From positions 71,159,774 to 71,198,777 of the forward strand of contig NC_068981.1 of NCBI RefSeq assembly GCF_001194135.2: 39,004 nucleotides of DNA, in the 5' to 3' direction. This DNA comes from Octopus bimaculoides. Taxonomy: Eukaryota. Below are positions 34,635 through 39,004 of the stretch, one piece after another. The position numbers and the translations under genes were made by a program. The number at the start of each line of letters is the position of its first letter. Position 1 is the first letter of the stretch. The notes under the pieces were generated by a model. That model was not told the DNA's origin and searched no databases. It was given only the letters and a program-made list of their open reading frames with translations.

Positions 34635-35093
34635 GTCATCCTTCTCGACACAATCAAGGAGATCTTGTGCAACTGAAATCCGGGTGACCTTTTGGTCAGC
34701 TGAAAGCAGTTTTGGAACAAACTTGGCAGACACGCGTCTCATACGTAAATCGTCAGTGATAAAGGACTGAACTGAACTGTAACTAATCTTCACATCATAT
34801 GATAACTCATGGATGGTAATTCGACGATTTTCCCTCGTAGCTACACGCACATCTGCGATGTTTTTCTCAGCTCTCCTGGCAGCGGATCTCCTCGAACGTT
34901 CGTCAATATCTACATTTTTTCGGCCACCTTGCAAACATCTGGACCACTCGTACACTAATGTGCCGCTCATACACTCCTCTCCATACACTTTCTGAAAATT
35001 TGCGTAGTCCTCTGAGCAGGTTTCGCCATAACGTTCTCTGTCATGATCAATGAGATGATCACACGCAACACACGTTCCTTCCAAGCACTGCTT
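34631..35093 (-). pseudogene. Mariner transposase N-terminal (HTH) fragment, same family as 22338-23015
   Basis: ORF-track translation FQKVYGEECMSGTLVYEWSRCLQGGRKNVDIDERS...ENRRITIHEL..DLRMRRVSAKFVPKLLSADQK; truncated at a (TA)n run. Confidence 0.85.
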
Positions 35094-35637
35094 ATAAATC
35101 AATCACTGGAAAATTCCCTTACACCTAAGTGTTACGTATACTAGTTATANNNNNNNNNNTATATAATACCGACTACTATTGATACTAATTTATTTAGCTT
35201 AAAATATTCTCAACCCAGATAGGACTTTTCATTTACCAACTTCATTAGTACAATTTTAGGCTGTATTTTTTGCACCATGTTTCTAAAATTCATAGTGCTT
35301 TTGCTTTAATTAATACAATATGCACAAATGTACATAATTCTTACCATATCTAAGAGTAGTTGTTTCCTGCTATCTGCATCTCTATAAGTATATATCATTG
35401 AATATATTTCAATTATTATATATATTCCATAAGACACAATAGATAACTTTTTAGGTTGCTAATGACGGCTTCAAGTGACGTGCTTGAAGCAACAACTAAA
35501 CGGACAGTTGTCTACAGGTGCGTGAACTCAAAAGCAAGGAGACTCGAAAATGCTAAACGCGACTAAGTGGAAAAGCCTTGAAAGAAATATAGCAGGATAT
35601 CCACCACATTTACATTCATAATATCGTTCATAAAATA

Positions 35638-35851
35638 AGGCGGCGTGCTGGCAGGAATGTTAACATGCCGGGCGAAATACTTAGCGGTATTTCGTCTGTC
35701 TTTACGTTCTGAGTTCAAATTCAGCCGAGATCGACTTTGCCTTTCATCCTTACGGGGGTCGATAAATTAAGTACCAGCTGCGTACTGGGGTCGATCTAAT
35801 CGACTGGCCCCCTCCCCAAGCATTTCAGGTCTTGTGCCTAGAGTAGAAGAG
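35638..35851 (+). mobile_element. Full-length CORE-like SINE with 18-bp TSD
   Basis: GGCGGCGTGCTGGCAGG..GTTCTGAGTTCAAATTC..GCCTTTCATCCTTACGGGGGTCGATAAATTAAGTACC, flanked by AATATCGTTCATAAAATA at 35620-35637 and 35852-35869. Confidence 0.92.
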
Positions 35852-36149
35852 AATATCGTTCATAAAATACAAATAAAAATATTTTTCATAAAATATAAGC
35901 CACTTTTCAGACCAACCTTTCTCAATTCGTCTTTGACTAACGTAGACTAATGTTATATATATATCATTAAAAATATATCCACAATAAATTTCTATTACGT
36001 ATATCAGTAGTTTTAGCACTTAAATTCAAATTTATGTTCATATCTCATTATTTCTCTTTCCATTATTTCCAACTACTCCTTCCATTAACCATATGTTGAA
36101 TATATCACTATATTCTAACCACTACTTGTGTTTTCCATCACCATAACCA

Positions 36150-36205
<56 letters not shown>

Positions 36206-36241
36206 GTTGTTGTTGTTGCTGTTGTTGTTGTTGTTGTTGTC
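36150..36241. repeat. (ATT)n(GTT)n compound microsatellite
   Basis: Visible tandem repeat. Confidence 0.95.
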
Positions 36242-36572
36242 GCCATAGGTGGAGTTGTGTTTTCGGAGCGCTGTAAATTTATGATTAATTCACTTGTTTA
36301 AAAGGCTCTACATTGTATTCTGCTGTTTAAATCATTTTGCTAGCCAGCTGCTCTTCTCAGGAGCGAGAGAACGGGTGCTGACGTTTGTTAACCAAAGCTC
36401 CATTTTCGGAGTGATAGAAATCTTTTTGCTTTTAAATTTCTTCGCAAATTTGCTTCGAAGAAAGTAAACATTGAAGATGGCGACGAAAAGTAGGAGCTGG
36501 AAAGAAGGAGGTACGGCAATTTGTACGAGGACTTCCTCGTCTTCCCCACTATGATTGGCAGTAGACAGCAGG

Positions 36573-36690
36573 AGAAGAAGAAGAAGAAGAAGAAGAAGAA
36601 GAAGAAGAAGAAGAAGAAGAAGAAGAAGAAGAAGAAGAAGAAGAAGAAGAAGAAGAAGAAGAAGAAGAAGAAGAAGAAGAAGAAGAAGAA
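36573..36690. repeat. (AAG)n microsatellite, about 39 units
   Basis: Visible; it is the source of the poly-K/R/E/L/S ORFs in the ORF track. Confidence 0.95.
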
Positions 36691-37096
36691 TAGTCAAGAA
36701 AAAAGAAAGAAGACGAAAAGCAGAAAGAAAGCGAGAGGAGGGAAGAAGTAAAGTCTTCCTCACTACATGAAAATTGTAGTAGCACGAAGAACAACAGTGA
36801 AAGCAACTGCTGCGAGACTAACAGAAATGGAGTGAGTGGCGGAAAGAGACTTTTGTAAATATCACGGCAGTTAAGGAATTGGTTAACATCTCATTGGAGA
36901 ACAATATAGAAAAACTAAACAAGGCAGCAAAATATATGAAAAGGAATGGAAGGAGGGCAAAAATTACGGCTCCAAGTGACAGCTAAACGGACAGTTGTCT
37001 ACAGGTGCGTGAACTCAAAAACAAGGAGACTCAAAATGCTAAACGCGACTAAATGGAAAAGCTTTGAAAGAAATATAGCAGGATATCCACCACATT

Positions 37097-38127
37097 GTGA
37101 TAGAGAGGCAGTACAGTGGAGTAGAGGTCTTTTTTAAGACTGGGGGGTACGCTGTACAAAGCTCGGCGGACACGCGTCGCACCGAGGGACACGCTCTCTT
37201 TCCAACGTACCTGGGAGGAAGGGCGGTACGAATTATGGTGCCAGGTGTCCCGCCAAGCTTGGATTTATGGTGGATTCTCGCCTGTATTTGTAAAGCAGGA
37301 GGGAACGGAAGCTGTTCGATGGCCCCGGGTGGCCGAGGCGCAACGTCGTAATAAAACTACAATTCGGTCTTTGAAGGGTCCGGACGGGCGCATGCTACAC
37401 GAGTCGAAGCAGATTTGTGCGGAATTTCAGCGGCACTTTGCTGAACTGTACGGGGAGCGCGGTGGTCCGGAGGCGGATGTGAACTTTACTGCCTACCTTG
37501 ATAGTATGCCGCGACATTCGGCCAGGGATGTAGAGTTCTGCGAAATGCCGATAACAGCTGAAGATATACGTGACGCGTTGGCTAGTTGCGCGAGGGAGAA
37601 GTCTCTAGGATTGGATGGCCTGCCCTTCGAGCTGAGGTGTGGGGACGCTACTGAGAAATGATCCGAACAAGAGGGAGATTGTTGATAACTTTAGGCCGGT
37701 AACTCTGCTAAATACAGATTACAAAATTTTGGCCGAGGTATTAGCAAAGAGGTTGGCGCTTGTCGTTGACAGACTGGTAGGTCATGCGCAAACTTACGTT
37801 ATTCCCAGCAGAACTACACACGACAACCTCCATCTCGTTCTTGGTGAAGAACCTGGCATGAGTAGAGCCCTGATCCAGTTGGATCAATCGAAAGCTTTTG
37901 ATATGGTCGTCGATCTGTACTTGGATGCTGTCGTCAAGGCAATTGGTTTCGGTCCTGTTTTCAGAATCTGAATCGCTACAATGCACAGCGATATCTGTTC
38001 GGTAGACAAAGTAAATGGTCACCTCTCGAAATCGTTTAGTATCGCACGTTCCGTCCGTCAAGGATGCCCACTCTCATCCCTTCTCTACGTACTGCACTCG
38101 GGCCATTACTGCGGAAGCTGGAGGCTT
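37097..38127 (+). pseudogene. L1-clade (Tx1-like) LINE: short ORF1-like piece joined to an ORF2 pre-RT/RT N-terminal half, with internal deletions
   Basis: TIRSLKGPDG..ICAEFQRHFAELY..CEMPITAEDI..REKSLGLDGLPFEL, then DNFRPVTLLNTDYKILAEVLAKRL..LDQSKAFD..SVRQGCPLSSLLYVL..PLLRKLEA. It ends before the YADD motif. Confidence 0.88.
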
Positions 38128-38260
38128 CGGACAAAATGCTCATGACATTTCGTCCGTCTTTACGTTCTGAGTTCAAGCTCCGACAATCCTTTTGGGATTG
38201 ATGAAATAAATGCCGGTTGAGCACTGACGTCAGTATAATCGACCATAACCCTCCCCATTT
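38128..38260 (+). mobile_element. Degenerate CORE-like SINE fragment
   Basis: CGGACAAAATGCT..TTACGTTCTGAGTTCAAG..GTTGAGCACTG, matching the 35638 family. Confidence 0.6.
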
Positions 38261-38620
38261 ATTACTTTTACCACGTTTATTAGTTCTATTTGTCACTTTG
38301 TTGAAAGCAGAAGGTAAAATTCTAAATTTTAAATATCTTGCTATTTAAAATTATGTCTTCAATACAAAATGTATTTAATTTAAATCAAAGTCCTTGGAAA
38401 AGCTGGAAAATTCAGAGAAATATATATTATATTAGGTGCTTTTTGATGGGGTAAATTTTTGAAATTTTGGTTGTCTTCCTCATTGTTTAACTAAAATCGT
38501 TTATTTTAAAACTATTTCATATTCAGGAAATTCCATATGTGCATTCTACAATTTTTTTTATTTACTTCAATAACTTCTTCATAAACAGCGTTGCTAGTTA
38601 ATATCCTGTTGTATTTAATA

Positions 38621-39004
38621 CTAGCAGAGATACCCGGCGTTGCCCGTGTTACATGCAATTGAAAAATGAGACTTTTCTGTTATATTTTCTGTAAGGAACT
38701 GGAATACATATGATTCGAATTTCATCAAAATTGCACATAAGGGTTCTTTCCCTCTTTACACACCCTAAAAAATTCTAATCATGAGACATGTATCCCATAC
38801 TATTGATCTTTATGCGCATATTCCAAAATTTCAGTCTTCTGGAACCTGTGAAAAAGATTTTGCTCCTGCAAAATGGAGCTCATGGAGCTCTAAAATGTGG
38901 GAATGAAGGCCCCTATTGGGGGTGGGGGTGTTAATGTCAACCAGAGAAGTTGAATTGTTGGGAATGTTTTTACTTGGGTCTTATAGTATGCCTGTATATA
39001 TGTG
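38621..39004 (-). mobile_element. Helitron 3' end (same family as 271-298) with adjacent non-autonomous body; 5' limit not determined
   Basis: Minus strand CACGGGCAACGCCGGGTATCTCTGCTAG-T is nearly identical to CCCGGGCAACGCCGGGTATTTCTGCTAG-T at 271-299. Confidence 0.75.

Larger units (their letters stand above)
35465..37096 (+). repeat. ~130-145 bp direct repeat pair (35465-35610 and 36966-37096)
   Basis: CTAAACGGACAGTTGTCTACAGGTGCGTGAACTCAAAA...GAAAGAAATATAGCAGGATATCCACCACATT is nearly identical in both places. Confidence 0.9.

Overview
This is AT-rich, microsatellite-rich eukaryotic DNA with six N gaps. It is most likely an octopod (Octopus) draft assembly; I infer this from recognisable octopus tRNA-derived SINE families and repeat composition, without a database search. 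I found no intact host protein-coding gene, rRNA, tRNA gene or CRISPR array. The window is a graveyard of transposable elements: a Helitron helicase C-terminus with Helitron 3' ends near both window edges; four Tc1/mariner relics; about ten SINE copies, two with perfect 17-18 bp target-site duplications; Penelope-like (PLE) fragments with decayed hammerhead-ribozyme motifs; a Ty3/Gypsy LTR-PBS-gag remnant; two L1/Tx1-clade LINE ORF2 fragments; and a 5'-truncated Chapaev3-type (CMC) DNA transposon. The most interesting structures are: (i) a ~0.9 kb fold-back with mirrored variant (TTAGGG)n/(CCCTAA)n tracts at its centre; (ii) an in-frame junction of Gypsy gag with a LINE RT half between two LTR copies; (iii) two LINE halves 20 kb apart that nearly abut in ORF2 coordinates; (iv) several other long inverted repeats; and (v) minimal hammerhead-like motifs. 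All alignments and identities were judged by eye.
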